64,000 bases of DNA from the human T2T-CHM13v2.0 reference genome, Homo sapiens. Position numbers and translations under genes: made by a program. The stretch lies in NCBI RefSeq assembly GCF_009914755.1, contig NC_060925.1. One strand, written 5' to 3'. Positions 35,223 through 50,463 of this stretch are shown piece by piece. The notes under the pieces were generated by a model that saw only the letters and a list, made by a program, of their open reading frames with translations, searched no databases and was not told where the DNA came from. Each line of letters starts with the position of its first letter. The stretch's first letter is position 1.

Positions 35223-37327
35223 TATTCCCTCTGTTCCTGAAAGATATTGAGAGAATTGGTAGGAATTTTTCTTAAATGCTCAGTAGAATTAAATAGTGAA
35301 CCCATCTGGGTCTTTTGCTTTGTTTTGGAAGGTTGTTAATTATTGATTTGATTTCTTTAATAGATATAAGCTGATTAAGATTGTCTATTTTTCCTGTGTG
35401 AGTTTTGGCAGTTTCAAGGAATTGGTTCATTTAATCCAGGTCATCAAATCTGTGGGCATGGAGTTGTTCATAGCACTCTTTATTTTCCTTTTAGTGTCCC
35501 TGGGACCCGTAGTGATGTCCACCCTTTCATTTCTGATATTATTAACTTATGTCCTCTCTTTTTATTCATTAGCCTGGCTAGAGGCTTATCAATTTTGTTG
35601 ACTTTTTTCAAATAATCAGATTTTGTTGATTTTCTATATTGATTTTTTTTATTTCATTGATTTTTGCTAATTCTTATTATTCATTTTGTTCTGCTTATTT
35701 TAGACTAAATTTGCTTTTCATTTTCTGTTTCCTAAGGTAGAAACTTAGGTCATTAATTTTAAATCTTTCTTCTTTTTTAATATATGCACTCAATGATATA
35801 AATTGCCCTTTAAGTACTACTTTTGTAGCACCTCACAAATTTTGATAAGTTTTCTTTTAATTTTCATTTAGTTCAAAATATTTTTAATGCTTTTTGACAT
35901 TTCGTTTTTGGCCCATGTGTTATTTAGAGGTGTGTTGTTTAATCTCTGTATATTTTGGGATTTTCCAGATATATTTTGTTAGCGGTGTCTAATTTAATTC
36001 CATTGTGTTCTCAGATCAGAGACTTTATGATTTCTGTCCTTTTAAAATTTAAGGTATGTTTTATGGTCCAGAATGTGGTCTATCTTGGTGAATGCTCCAT
36101 GTAAACTTGAGAAAAATGTGTATTCTGTTATTGAATGTTGTTGTCTATAGATGTCAAATTATATCCAGTTGACTAATAGTGTTGTTGAGTTTAACTATGT
36201 GCTTACTGATTTTCTACCTGCTGGATCTGTCCATTTCTGACAGAGAAGTGTTGTAGTCTCCAACTATGCTAATAGATGCACTACTTGTCTTTGCTGTTCT
36301 ATTGGTTTTTCCTTGGCATAGTTTGATGCTCTGTTATTAGATGGATACACGTTAAAGATTCTTATGTCTTCCTGGATAATTGATCATTTTATCATTATGT
36401 AATACCCTTCTTTTGTCCCTGATAACTTTCCTTGCTTTGAAGTCTGCTTTGCCTGAAATTAATATGGCTACTCCTGCTATCTTTAGATTAGTGTTAGCAT
36501 GATACATTTTCTTCATCCATTTACTTATAATCTATGTGTTTTTGTATTGAAAGTGACTTTCTTATACGCAATACATAGGTGGGTTTTTAAATCCACTTAA
36601 ACAATCTTTGTCTTTTAATTGGCGTATTTAGATCATTGATATTCAAAATAAGTATTGATATACCTGGATTAATATCTACTATATTGATTAATGTTTTCTA
36701 TTTTTTTCTCTGTTCCTATTTTGTCTTCTATACTGTTTCCGTCTTTTGTGGTTGTATTTCATTATTTTATGTGATTCAATTTTTTTCTACTTCTTTTTAG
36801 CATATCACTTGTACTTTTTTTTTTTTTTTACTTTTTGTAGTGGTTGCCCTAGAGTTTACAATATACATCTATAGCTAATCCAAGTCCATCAGATAACCCC
36901 GTACCACTTCACAGATGATATGAGCATCTTATAATAAAAAAATCATATCCTCCCTCCTGTCCATTGTGTCACTGCTGTCATTCATTGGACTTATATATAG
37001 GTATACATAAGCACATATATTATACGTAAGTATACACAATCAAATATATTGTTACTATGATTATTTTGAACAAATTGTTATTAGATCAATTAGGAGTAAG
37101 AAAAATAAACATTTTTATTTTACCTTAAATTATTCCTTCTTTGATGTTCTTCCTTTCTTTATGTAGGTCCAAGTTTCTGGCCTATATAGTTTTCCTTCTC
37201 TTGAAAAACTTCCATTAACATTTCTTGCAAGGAGGTTTATTCTGAATACATTCTTTCAATGTTTGTTTGTCTGAGAAAGTGTTTATTTCTCCTTCACTTT
37301 TGAAGAATAATTTTGCAGAGTATATAA

Positions 37328-37681
<354 letters not shown>

Positions 37682-38145
37682 CTCTTAATACTTCAAATAT
37701 TTAACTCCAGTCTATTCTTGCTCTTTAGGTCTTGTTAAGAAAAACAGAATGCTCTGCCATATTTTGAAATGGTTCTTCTTCTCTTCCCCCTGCCAGAAGC
37801 AGCGGGGGAATTTTCTCTAATACTCACTTTGAGAAGTTTGTCAAGCTTCTCTAGATAAATCTCACAATATCCTTGGTGTCCCCTATGCCTGGGCCCTCCT
37901 GGAGTTTTTAACTCTCAGACTTGTCTGCACTGATCCTCCAGAAATTCATCAATTATAGTTCAGGTTTTCCTACGCTGGTCCTGGATCCTGATGTGGTTTC
38001 CGCTAGTGAGTCTCTGCTTCAGTAAGCCATAGTTCCCTATATTTGCCTGTCTATCTCTCTAACCTTGGCGTAGCAGTTTTGCCCTAAGTCCTCCCATCTC
38101 TTACAATCTAAGAAGAGCTGTTGGTTTTTAGTCTCTTTAGCTTTT

Positions 38146-38518
38146 TTTTTTTTTAAATTATTAATTTATTTTTTATTTTTAAGTATATCTTATTTATTTT
38201 ATTATAGAATAAAACCTATTTTAAAATATTCTTTTTCTTCAGACATCAGGAATTTTTATTTATTTATTTATTTATTTTTATTATACTTTAAGTTCTGGGG
38301 TATATGTGCAGAATGTGCAGGTTTGTTACATAGGTATACACATGCCATGGTGGTTTACTGCACCCATCAATCCTTCATCTACATTAGGTATTTCTCCTAA
38401 TGCTATCCCTCCCCTAGCCCCCCACCCCCCGACAGGCCCCAGTGTGTGATGTTCCCCTCCCTGTGTCCATGAGTTCTCAATAGGAACGCTTTTACACTGT
38501 TGGTGGGGTGTAAATTAG
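38146..38518 (-). mobile_element. Short L1PA7/8-like insertion with 5' inversion and probable 3' transduction
   Basis: L1 3' UTR at 38258-38478, inverted L1 piece at 38479-38518, non-L1 segment plus second A tail at 38146-38257. TSD CTCTTTAGC(T/G)TTTT at 38133-38146 / 38519-38532. Confidence 0.85.
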
Positions 38519-39123
38519 CTCTTTAGCGTTTTACTTGTTAAGATGGAGTGGCAACTTCCAAGTACCTTACATGTGTAACCGGAAACAAGCTATCATATAT
38601 TTTTATGCCTATAAGTCATTCACTGTTTTCATAGCATGTCTGGTATTGATATTAATCTACAATATCCATTTGAGTTGTTCTATCACTTTTGAGCTCTCAT
38701 TGAGGCTGTAGTAAGTCAACTAAAGTCATAAGATTTGAATGCACTATACACAAACAAAAAGGTGTGTTTTCCACATAAAATCTGTGCATGATATTTTCTT
38801 TGCTTTTATTTAAAAGGTCATGATATAGTACCTGCAAGGTTATGGTTCATTTAGGAATAGAGCTTTTCAATGGCACATAAAGAGCTTGATTTAAAATGTG
38901 TTATTATGCATTTATATTCCAATTATAAACTTCCTTTCAGAGGCTTTAACAAATATTCATTTAATAAACTACCTTTCTAAATTAAAAAGGTTAATAATTA
39001 ATGTAGTATTAAAATGTAACATAGGAATAAAAAAGAGGTTAATAATAAAATAATGAAAACTCTTAAAATAATTACATGGAATGATGCACAACATCAAATA
39101 GTCTGGGTACATTTTCCAAAACC

Positions 39124-39390
39124 ATACATTTAAGCACATGGGTGTTGTAAAGATTATTAAAACATTTTCTTTAAAGATTTTACATTCCCAAAATAAAATT
39201 CTATGTCAATACTTATTTTAATAATTTTATGAGATTTAGCTCTTTGCTCTCATTAACTATGATTGCATGTTTAATGCATGTTCAATTAGATAATCCTGGC
39301 GTGTACATTAGTGGTACTGTGTCTTAGGCAACGGATGGCAAACTCCTAGAGGACATGGGCTATGTCTTCTAGCTCATCATGTCCCTGTGG
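39124..39390 (+). repeat. Left copy of a ~267-bp direct duplication
   Basis: Aligns end to end with 41019-41286, about 88-90% identity by eye. Confidence 0.95.
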
Positions 39391-39399
39391 CCAGAAACT

Positions 39400-40471
39400 C
39401 ATCAGCCTGAAGCAGCTGGATTAATAGAATGGTGGAATGGCCTTTTGAAGTCACAATTATAATGCCAACTAGGTGACAAAGCTTTACAGGGCTGGGGCAA
39501 AGTTCTCCAGAAGGCTGTGTATGCTCTGAATCAGCATCCAATACACGGTACTCTTCCTCCCATAGTCAAGATACATGGGTCCAGGAATCAAGGGGTGTAA
39601 GTAGAAGTGACACCACTCACCATCACCCTTAGTGACCCACTAGCAAAAGTTTTCCTTCCTGTTCCCACAACATTATGTTCAGCTGGTCTAGAGGCCTTAC
39701 TTCCAGAGGAAATAATGCTGCAACCAGGAGACACAACAACGATTCCATTAAACTGCAAGTTAAGATTGCCACCTGGCCATTTTGGGCTACCTCTCAGTCA
39801 ACAGTCTAAGAAAGGAGTTATAGTGTTGGCTGGGGTGATTGACCCAGCCTATCAAGATGAAATCAGTCTACTACTCCACAACGGAGATAAGGAAGATTAT
39901 GCATGGAATACAGGAGATCCCTTAGGGCATCTCTTACTATTACCATGCCCTATGATTAACGTCAATGGGAAACTACAACAACCCAATCCAGGCTGGACTA
40001 TAAATGGCCCAGACTCTTTAGGAATGAAGATTTGGGTCACTCAACCAGGCAAAAAACCATGACCTGCTGAGGTGCTTGCTGAAGGCAAAGGGAATAAAGA
40101 ATGGGTAGCAGAAGAAGGCAGTCATCAATACCACCTACGACCACGTGACCAGCTACAGAAATGAGGACTGTAATTGTCATGAGTATTTCCTTCTTATTTT
40201 GTTAAGAACATGTTTGTGCATGTATACACTTTTACTAGGAAAATATCTTCATTTTATTTCCTTTTTTCCTTTATCATGTGATGTAAGATTTATTGACTTC
40301 ATATAAGAATTTAAGTGTTAACTTTATGTAATAGCAATTAGGGTAAGGATTAATGCACTTCTGGTTGTGCAAAGAATAGCTGTGTAATTATGACCTTATT
40401 ATTGTCTTTATTTGGAGATTATGTATGATTTCAGGAGATGTGTATGGGTTCATGTTGACAAGGGGTGGACT
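39400..40471 (+). mobile_element. HERV-L internal 3' fragment (integrase C-half, dUTPase, PPT)
   Basis: Begins at integrase-like PEAAGLIEWWNGLLKSQL. Polypurine tract gacaaggggtggac lies directly before the LTR. Confidence 0.9.
39607..40062 (+). pseudogene. HERV-L dUTPase-like reading-frame remnant
   Basis: GVIDPAYQDEI resembles dUTPase motif 3, in the post-integrase position typical of ERV-L. There is an upstream stop, no ATG start, and a small deletion near motif 2. Confidence 0.8.
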
Positions 40472-41018
40472 TGTGATAGTTAAAATTGAGTGTCAACTGG
40501 ATTGGATTGCAACGTATTGTTCCTAATTGTGTCTGTGAGGATGTTGCCAAAGGAGATTAACATTTGATTCAGTGGACTGGTAGAGGCAGAGCCACCCTCA
40601 ATCTGGGTAGGCACCATCTGATCAGCTTCCAGCATGACTAGAATAAAGCAGGCAGAAGAAGGTGGAAAGAGCAGACTTGCTGAGTCTTCCGGCCTTCAGT
40701 CTCATGCTGGACACTTCCTGCCCTCCAACATCAGACTCCAAATTCTTCAGCTTTTGGACTCTTGGACTTACACTATTCATTTGTCAGGGGCTCTTGGGCC
40801 TTCATCCACAGACTGAAGGCTGCACTGTCAGCTTCCCTACTTTTGAGGTTTTGGGACTTGGACTGGTTCCCTTGCTTCTCAGCTTGCAGACGGCCTATCA
40901 TGGGACTTCACCTTATGATCATGTGAGTCAATAATCCTTTATAAATTCCCCTTCATATTTACATCAGATACACATCTATCCTATTAGTTCTGTCCTCTAG
41001 AGAACGCTGACTAATACA
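40472..41018 (+). mobile_element. MLT2A2 LTR (3' LTR of HERV-L), antisense to DPYD
   Basis: tgtgatagttaaaattgagtgtcaac...ggagattaacatttga...ctagagaacgctgactaataca; 547 bp with TG...CA ends. Confidence 0.92.
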
Positions 41019-41286
41019 ATACATATAAGCACATGGGTTTTGTAAAGATTATTAAACATTTTCCGTAAAGATTTTAAATTCCCCAAATATGATTTTATGT
41101 AAATAATATTATTATAATTATTTTATGAGACGTAGCTCTTTGCTCTCATTAACTATGATTGAAAGTTTAATGCATGTTCAATTAGATAATCCTGGTGGGT
41201 ACAAGAGTGGTACTGTGTCTTAGGCAATGTATGGTAAGCTCCTAGAGAACATGGGCTATGTCTTCTATCTCATCATGTCCCTGTGG
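41019..41286 (+). repeat. Right copy of the ~267-bp direct duplication
   Basis: Starts at the first base after the LTR terminal CA. Confidence 0.95.
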
Positions 41287-41519
41287 GTGGTAATTTGCTG
41301 GTCCTTTTTATCAAGGTACCTGATACATAGTAGGAACTGAGATAATATTTGTTGAATCAAGAACAAATGAAAGAATCATTGAGATGCAATTAATGCTTGT
41401 TAAATGCAATGCTTTAAAAAGTCAAGGACTTGTAAAAACACACAACTTACTCTTTTCCAACTATGTCTATCCTATTACCTCACAGAAATTCTAAGTGAAA
41501 GCTTAGATTCATTCACTGT

Positions 41520-42165
<646 letters not shown>

Positions 42166-45154
42166 TAGACACTAACATATCATTTGAAAGTCTTTTTGCA
42201 TCAGCTACCCGATATATAAAATGAAAATAATTTGGTTGCCATACTTATTTCATAGGACTGTTCTTAGAATTATATTGTATATTTGACATTAAATAGTTTT
42301 CAATAAATTCAACGATTATTTTGATAACTGAAAGAATAATGTCATATTCAGATTTGCCTTTTTTCTACAATTTAGCTAGAGTGCAAACAATGACATTTTG
42401 AAATAGCAGAATACTTTGGTTTTAAACATCCGGAGATAAGACTTTAAAAAATATGCCATCGGAAAGGGTAAAAAGCATCATCTTTATATGCTCCTTTGAT
42501 CTTTCTGTAGTGTCACATTGTGAGCATATTATATTTGTGAATTAATGCAGTTTAAAAAAGAAGTAGAGCTATAGAACCAAAGTTTATAGATAGATTTATA
42601 TTTTATAAATATTTTAAAATTATTTTTAGATTTAACCAAAATGCTAGAAAATTCACCAATATGTAACATCACTTTTTAGCAAATTATGTTTCCTAGTTTA
42701 CATTGCTTGAGCAGAATTGATATTAAAAATTTTTGTCCTACTTACACAGAAAAAGTTCCTAGAACTGTGAGCCCCAGACATGTGTGCCTCTCTGATTTGA
42801 AGGACCCATAGAGGGCCACTATTGCAAACACATACTACGTCAAAGATAGAATAGTGAGCTGGGAATGGCTACAATGTTGGGTGAGGAAAGAATGGACGGT
42901 GGGGTCAAAACTAGGAATCATGTTCTTTACCTGAATGGTCTAAAGGGCATGCATTCTGATCACGCAGCTGGATGATTCTTTTCCAATCCAGGCTCTACAT
43001 GAGACATAAAGATTTTCATTGCACTTATCTGTCTCCTATGCACTTCAATAATACTCATCCTCTTTTTCCCCGTGAGATCATCTCCTTCAGTACTGCATCT
43101 TCAATGCCCATCTCTGAGCTGGCACAATAATGAAGCTCAGTGTAAATAGTGAATGAATAAGCTAATGATCCTGTGTACTATTCCTGCACAAATCAAGTCA
43201 ACTTCACTTTTTTTCTGCTCTCCTTCCTCCCACTTTATCATATTCCATCCTCACTACAATTTCCCTCATCTCTATAAGATCTTTCTGTACAAGAAGGTAT
43301 TTCCACGTTTGAATTCACGAGCTTCCACCTCCATTTTGAGCTGTCAATCCTGCTAACAATGAGCACCCCAGTAAACAACAATAGAAAAAAAAAAGTAAAA
43401 ACAACCTCTAACATGTCTCACTACTTAGGATAATGATTAATGATACTAAAATAATAAAATATTCATTTATCATTGAATACTCATAAATCATTCCTTTGCC
43501 TTAATATGCAGTTGATGCTTAGGGATCAACCAAAAATGTTTCCCACATTTTTAAAACATCATAGGGTTTAATCTTCATTACAAATTTCAGTTCAAAATGT
43601 TTCTTCTCAGAAGCATGACAAAGTGATTTAGAGTAGAAGTAGTGAAAGGACCTTTTTCAAAGTGATTGGAACCTTTCTGGTATAGACGTTAAACAGCATA
43701 ATGAATGTGTTGGCATTTGTTTCTTATTTGCATACTATAAAAATAAAACAGAGTGTACAACAAGTTCCTGTTAAATTCATATTACCTGTTTAAATAAGGA
43801 TATTCAAAAGGCAATGTGATCTAATTAAAATCAAGAAATGGTATTCAAGCCATATTTATATACTTCTATGATAATACACATGCACTAATATTTACAATGC
43901 ATGCAAAGGGTATACACCTCATTAAGCATACCGGGAGGAAAATTCCCCAATTTCTTCAATTCAACTAGTCATTTCATAATTTTTTTCTAATGTGAATGTT
44001 AGCTATTTCAAGTGCTGAACTAAAGTCACATTTAACTATAATCAATGCATTTGCAGTTGTAGTCCAAAGCAAACTCTGAAGGACGTTCTCATAGTCTAAA
44101 ACTTGACGCATTTTGAAGATAATACACTGAAGGCTTGAAAACAAACTATTTACTCCCTTAAATGTGCCTTTTTCTCATTGTTCATACTTTCCAGCTTGCT
44201 CACAAATGCCCAAATGTTGATATCAATGCTGTTTCTAAGAAACTACAATAAGGGGTTTGTTTTGCAATCTTTTTTCTCCCTTCTCCCACACATAATCACA
44301 TGATCTTTGAAACTTACAAAACGAATAGGAGAAACGTATCCTTTCAAAATGAAGTAACTTTATGGGGTTATAGTCCTCTAAGAGCAGATTATGCATTTTT
44401 TATACCATAAAAATTTGTCAATTTGGAAGTCTGTTTAAAATATAAATGTATAAGCATACCTTTGTCTTAGAAATTATTATATGAAAGTATGGACAATTAA
44501 GTTTTAGGAAAAAAGTGTACGACTACAGTTTTGGGTCATTAAATGCATCCTGTTTTGAGAGTTGCTATGTATTTTCAAAGAGCATTATAAAATCTATAGC
44601 ACTGATTGTTTTCATTAATTAGAATAAAGCAAGAACAGCCTCTAGAATCACTTGATTTAAAAGACAAATTCTGGTTCAGAACCTTCTGAATTATTTACAA
44701 CCAACTCCACTTGGTCTATCATTTAATGAAAGAACAGAAAGGTGTCCTTCCCCCACACCACCCTAAACGAGTCATCATAGTAGAATGCCATAAAAGCCTG
44801 TGATGAGGATTTTAGTCTCAGATGCAGCCTATGTCCCCACATGTCTCATAAATTCTTCTAATGCATTTTCACATCCATGATCATGAATGCCTATTCAATG
44901 AAAGGGTTTATCATATGCTACACTTTTCAACTACCAAGAACAAAGAGTAAATGGTCCCTGGCCCCATATTTGGAACAAAAAGTATGAAAGCAAAACAAAA
45001 ACCTCTTACATTTTTACTAAATAAAAGAATGAATGCAGACTGTAAAGGCTGAGTGGAAACTTCTTTTGGCACCATGATGTTCTTTCTTGAGACCATGCTG
45101 CGTTTTCTCTGCTCAGTGAGGGACAGATAGAAAAAAATGGAGATACAAATGTAG

Positions 45155-45676
<522 letters not shown>

Positions 45677-47179
45677 TAAGCAATTTCCTATCCTCTTTTT
45701 TTTTCAACATATTTTCATGACTTGGAGTATTATTTCTCATTAGGTAACTATCAGCCAAGCCAGAGAGATTTATGCATTTCTTAAGTGCACAACATACTCA
45801 CACCAAATTATATATAAATAATACATACATATGTATACATAGAAGTTATATGTAGATTATAATATATACAAGTACATATGCACTTTTCCTTCAACCAACT
45901 GCCCCAGTGACTTCACTCAGAAATAGCCACCTATGAGACAAAACTACTCAACAAAAAGAAATAAAACAAAACAAAAAAACTAAAAGAACAGTAAAAAAAC
46001 AAAAAACACACACACACATATTAAAAATTCTACAACTTGGAAGGAGACATACCAATATACACATTTGATGGCAAATTTTTGTCTAGTCTAGGAAAATGCC
46101 TTCTTTTCAAATTATAATTTATTACAATTAGTCTATCAGTTGGTTATCAGCCTTGGTTGAGTAGACAATTTCCATTCAAGGACTCACTGTATCAAAATAC
46201 TATTTAAGGCAAATATACAGTAGATGCTGTGAAGCTCAGTAATATGGGATATTATCCCTATCTTATGGTCTTGAAGAAATCTCATAAAAATAATTCAAAA
46301 TTAATTAGTGGCTACATTTCATGTATTATAGGACTTGTACAGTTTCGGTCAAGCAGTGGTTTCATGGTGCCATTTTTCTGATGTGCATCAGAGGGGGCTC
46401 AGAATAGAAAATTCATTTGGGTTTTTAACTATAAATGTAGGAAGCTCACCTTCTAAATACACTCTTGCCTTAACAGTGTTTATTCTTATATAGAATTACT
46501 CTGTCCCACTTCATTTCTTACTGGACTCTTATTTATTTGTAGAAGAGATTGTATTCTTCACTGAATATGCTGTAGCTAGAAAATGTCTTAGTTAAGTCTT
46601 TCTAGGTGCGAAATAGGGTCACAGCCTATATCTTACTAGGCGTCCTAGCAGTAAGCAGTACTGAAGCAATAATATTGCCTGGCATTGTGTTTGGCTTTTA
46701 GTTTGGCTGGCAGGGCCAGCTTCTTCCATCTATTCATCCTAAATAACATTGTCAGCAAATCTTTTTTTTAGGCAACTGCAAATAATCTTCATTAGACTAT
46801 CTCATTCTTTTTTTAAAAAACTCATTAACTTATTTCACTTTTAGCTAATATTTTCTTTATCAAATGAGTTTCTGTGTAAGTAGCATGGCTGTTTTTACTT
46901 CCTATGAAGCTACCCTTCCTAAAGCTATAAAAGAAGAAGGAGAAAACTTTCATTACGGGAAAAACAAACAAACAAAACCAGAACAAAAGCAAACAAAACT
47001 CTACAAAACCAGAATAAAGGCAAACAAAACTCTAGGACATTGGTAGAATGAAAAGCTGGGAAAATTACTATCAACACACATAGTTTTCAGACTTTCTTAA
47101 TTTAAGCAACTGTTGTAGCACAGTCATTGATCCTATCTAAATGAATCAGGATCTTTTTCACAATCTCCAGCCTCAATGA

Positions 47180-47519
<340 letters not shown>

Positions 47520-48876
47520 TGAGTTGTCCATATTTGAATGAGATACTTATGAGGAATGTGGCATTTTCCATGCTTTATTACTGATAAATTTTTTGGACAT
47601 TTCTGCTGCATCATCCATTCTCTGTGATAAAGATTGTGGTACACTAACAGGTATGTTTACTCCTATAGCATGTGCAGCTTGTACAGGGTATGGCTTTTAG
47701 GAAGTAATATCATTTTAAAATTAATTGTTAATTTCTATGTGTTTGTCCTGTCTTCCCAAGAAGTTTATACTCCTTTGATGGTGGGGTCTCTTTCTTATAA
47801 GTTTTATTTTCTCGTATATAATGTCTTATACATTTATGAGTCGTACTCCTGATTAGTAGATAAGGTAACTATTCAATAATACCTGTCTTACAATAAAAAA
47901 GATGAAGGAGATGACATATCTAGCAAGAGAAATCCAATAATATTAATGCTTAAGAACCATTGATGTTTCAGTTCTCATTTGTCAGAATTTGATATTAAAT
48001 TGCTTTTTGTCAAGAATCTGGAAAAAACATGTCATAATATAGAATCCTTTATAAAAAGGGCAATCTAATTCCTTATAGCTCGGAAAGGACTTCAAACTGT
48101 GTCATTCCATTTGCCAACAAGGAATAAATTCACATAAATTAATCTCTCATTCATGTAATGTAGTACAGAAATTTATAGTCTTGTCAATAGTTCATGTGGA
48201 GCTATAATTTGGGATAGGTAAAGGAAATGTATCCAGTGACTGTGTATGGTGCTATATCCTTCCAGAATCAATGACTGAGAAAATGTTTTACTCTCTGATT
48301 TTCTTTATCCATTAGATATCAAATGTTTGGACTTCTCTCATTTTTAACTTTGAAAATGCTATTCTGTTTTAGTTCCAAGGTATACAGTGACATGCTTCCA
48401 TCAGAAATGGATCCTAGAATACTTTGAAGCCACTGATATATCACTTCTCTTGAAGTATTTCTGTGGTAGTCAGCAGTTGGCATTGCCTGTGGTAGAAAGC
48501 TTCACATTATTCTTGGTGAAACAGAAAAGAATTCTGTCTGGAAATCATTAGGGATCCATGACCTATAAAGCTCTTTGCAAACACAACACAATTTTAAACA
48601 AATGCAAAAGTCTTGCTCCACTCATCACTGGAATGGCAGGATTAATTAATATCCTCCTGAGATATCCTTAACCCAGAGGTGCTCATCGAACCCCCTTTTA
48701 GGTAGACCTTCGCTTCATGTGCAGCCTTAAGGATTAGTTGTCAGCATTTACCCTCAAATAAAATATAGCCACACAAATATTAATTAAACAATTTCAATTT
48801 TCAAAAGAGTGTCTGGAAAGATCTGGAGCCAGATATAGTGAAGTCTGACTACTATTTCCCCTGCTTGCTAGCTGGA

Positions 48877-48947
48877 GAAATATGTTCCTTTTTAAAATTA
48901 TTACTAATTAAGGCACATTATTAATTATTTAAAAATGAACATATTTC
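48877..48947. repeat. AT-rich inverted repeat, 20-bp arms (19/20 paired)
   Basis: GAAATATGTTCCTTTTTAAA (48877-48896) pairs with TTTAAAAATGAACATATTTC (48928-48947). Confidence 0.9.
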
Positions 48948-48959
48948 CCTAAACCCTAC

Positions 48960-49130
48960 AAGAGAGGCCATATAATCTAGTAAAAGAGCATGGGCTTTCA
49001 CATTTACTAGCTGTGGATCTTGGGTAAGCTTCATAATGTCTTGGATAAGTTAAGTAACCTCTGTGACCCTCAGTCTCTTCAGCTGTAACATGAGGTTAAT
49101 AAGAGTTGTCTTAGTGAATTGTTGAGTTGG
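48960..49130 (+). mobile_element. MIR
   Basis: catttactagctgtggatcttgggtaag...taacctctgtgaccctcagtctcttcagctgtaacatgagg. Confidence 0.7.
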
Positions 49131-50165
49131 TTTTTAAAGCATTTCTATTTGTTTATTTGTCTATTTATATCTCTGTCTCTATTGCTATCTCTATCTCCAT
49201 TGCTTCTTTTATATCTGTATTTTAAAGTGAAAACTTAAAAGCACTCAACCAATATTAGCTACTTCCTCTGCCCCTGTAATTATCTAAAATTATTATATAT
49301 GTCTTGCATTCAAATAATCAACCAAATATGTAAATTTCAATTTCAACAAATAACATACTCTAATATATGCTTTTTACTGTTTAGTAAAATTGAGCTGAAA
49401 GATTGAAGGAAATGTTCATTTCTTTTCAACAAAGCTACACATAGTAAGCAAAAATTCTTTAAATAGCCATATTGTGTTGCCTGATATATTTGATTTTGAA
49501 TTTATTTTACGATGTTGTTTTCACTTTAATTTTTTTCAATATTGAAATACAAATGAGCTTCTTATTAAAAACTACCTAGAACATTGAGTCCCATACAATA
49601 AGAGTGTTAACCATTGTAAACCCTGTCATGTCTCTGGGAAGCAGAGGAATTATCTTGTTATCAGTTTAATAATGGAACATTGAAGTAAATGATGCCATCC
49701 ACTGACACCAGTAACACTGTCTCTCTGGGGAAATTCATGTCTGTGAGAACTGTCAATCTAGATGGATACAGACATATTAAACATACTCCCTTCAATCCAT
49801 AAATCCACCCTTTCTGGGTTGCCTTAATAAAAAGATCCCTTATTTTGATAAAGACAAGCTATGCAGAATATCTTGACATTACTGATCTATAATCCCTTTA
49901 TTTTAAAAAAGTATTTTGTGGAAGGATTTAGTAAATAAGTTAACAAATTTTCATCTACTTCCTTTTTGTGCTTTAGCATAACTTACATGTAAACATGTTC
50001 CTGAGGTTTTAAATTAATAAAGTATTAATAACTACATAGAGATGTGGGAAATACATATAATGTATTTATTTCCACTACTTGCTTTGGCAAGCTTTCTTCA
50101 AAACACAGCTTACTTTTGTTGTTTTGCATTAAAATTGCCTCTAGTTCTAATTGAGATAGATATAA

Positions 50166-50463
<298 letters not shown>

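Noticed and set aside
39607-40062. 151-aa dUTPase-like ORF inside a pyrimidine-catabolism gene, as a possible domesticated gene
   Set aside because: It is a standard HERV-L component with a GTG start, altered motifs and no upstream LTR. The thematic link to uracil metabolism is most likely coincidence.
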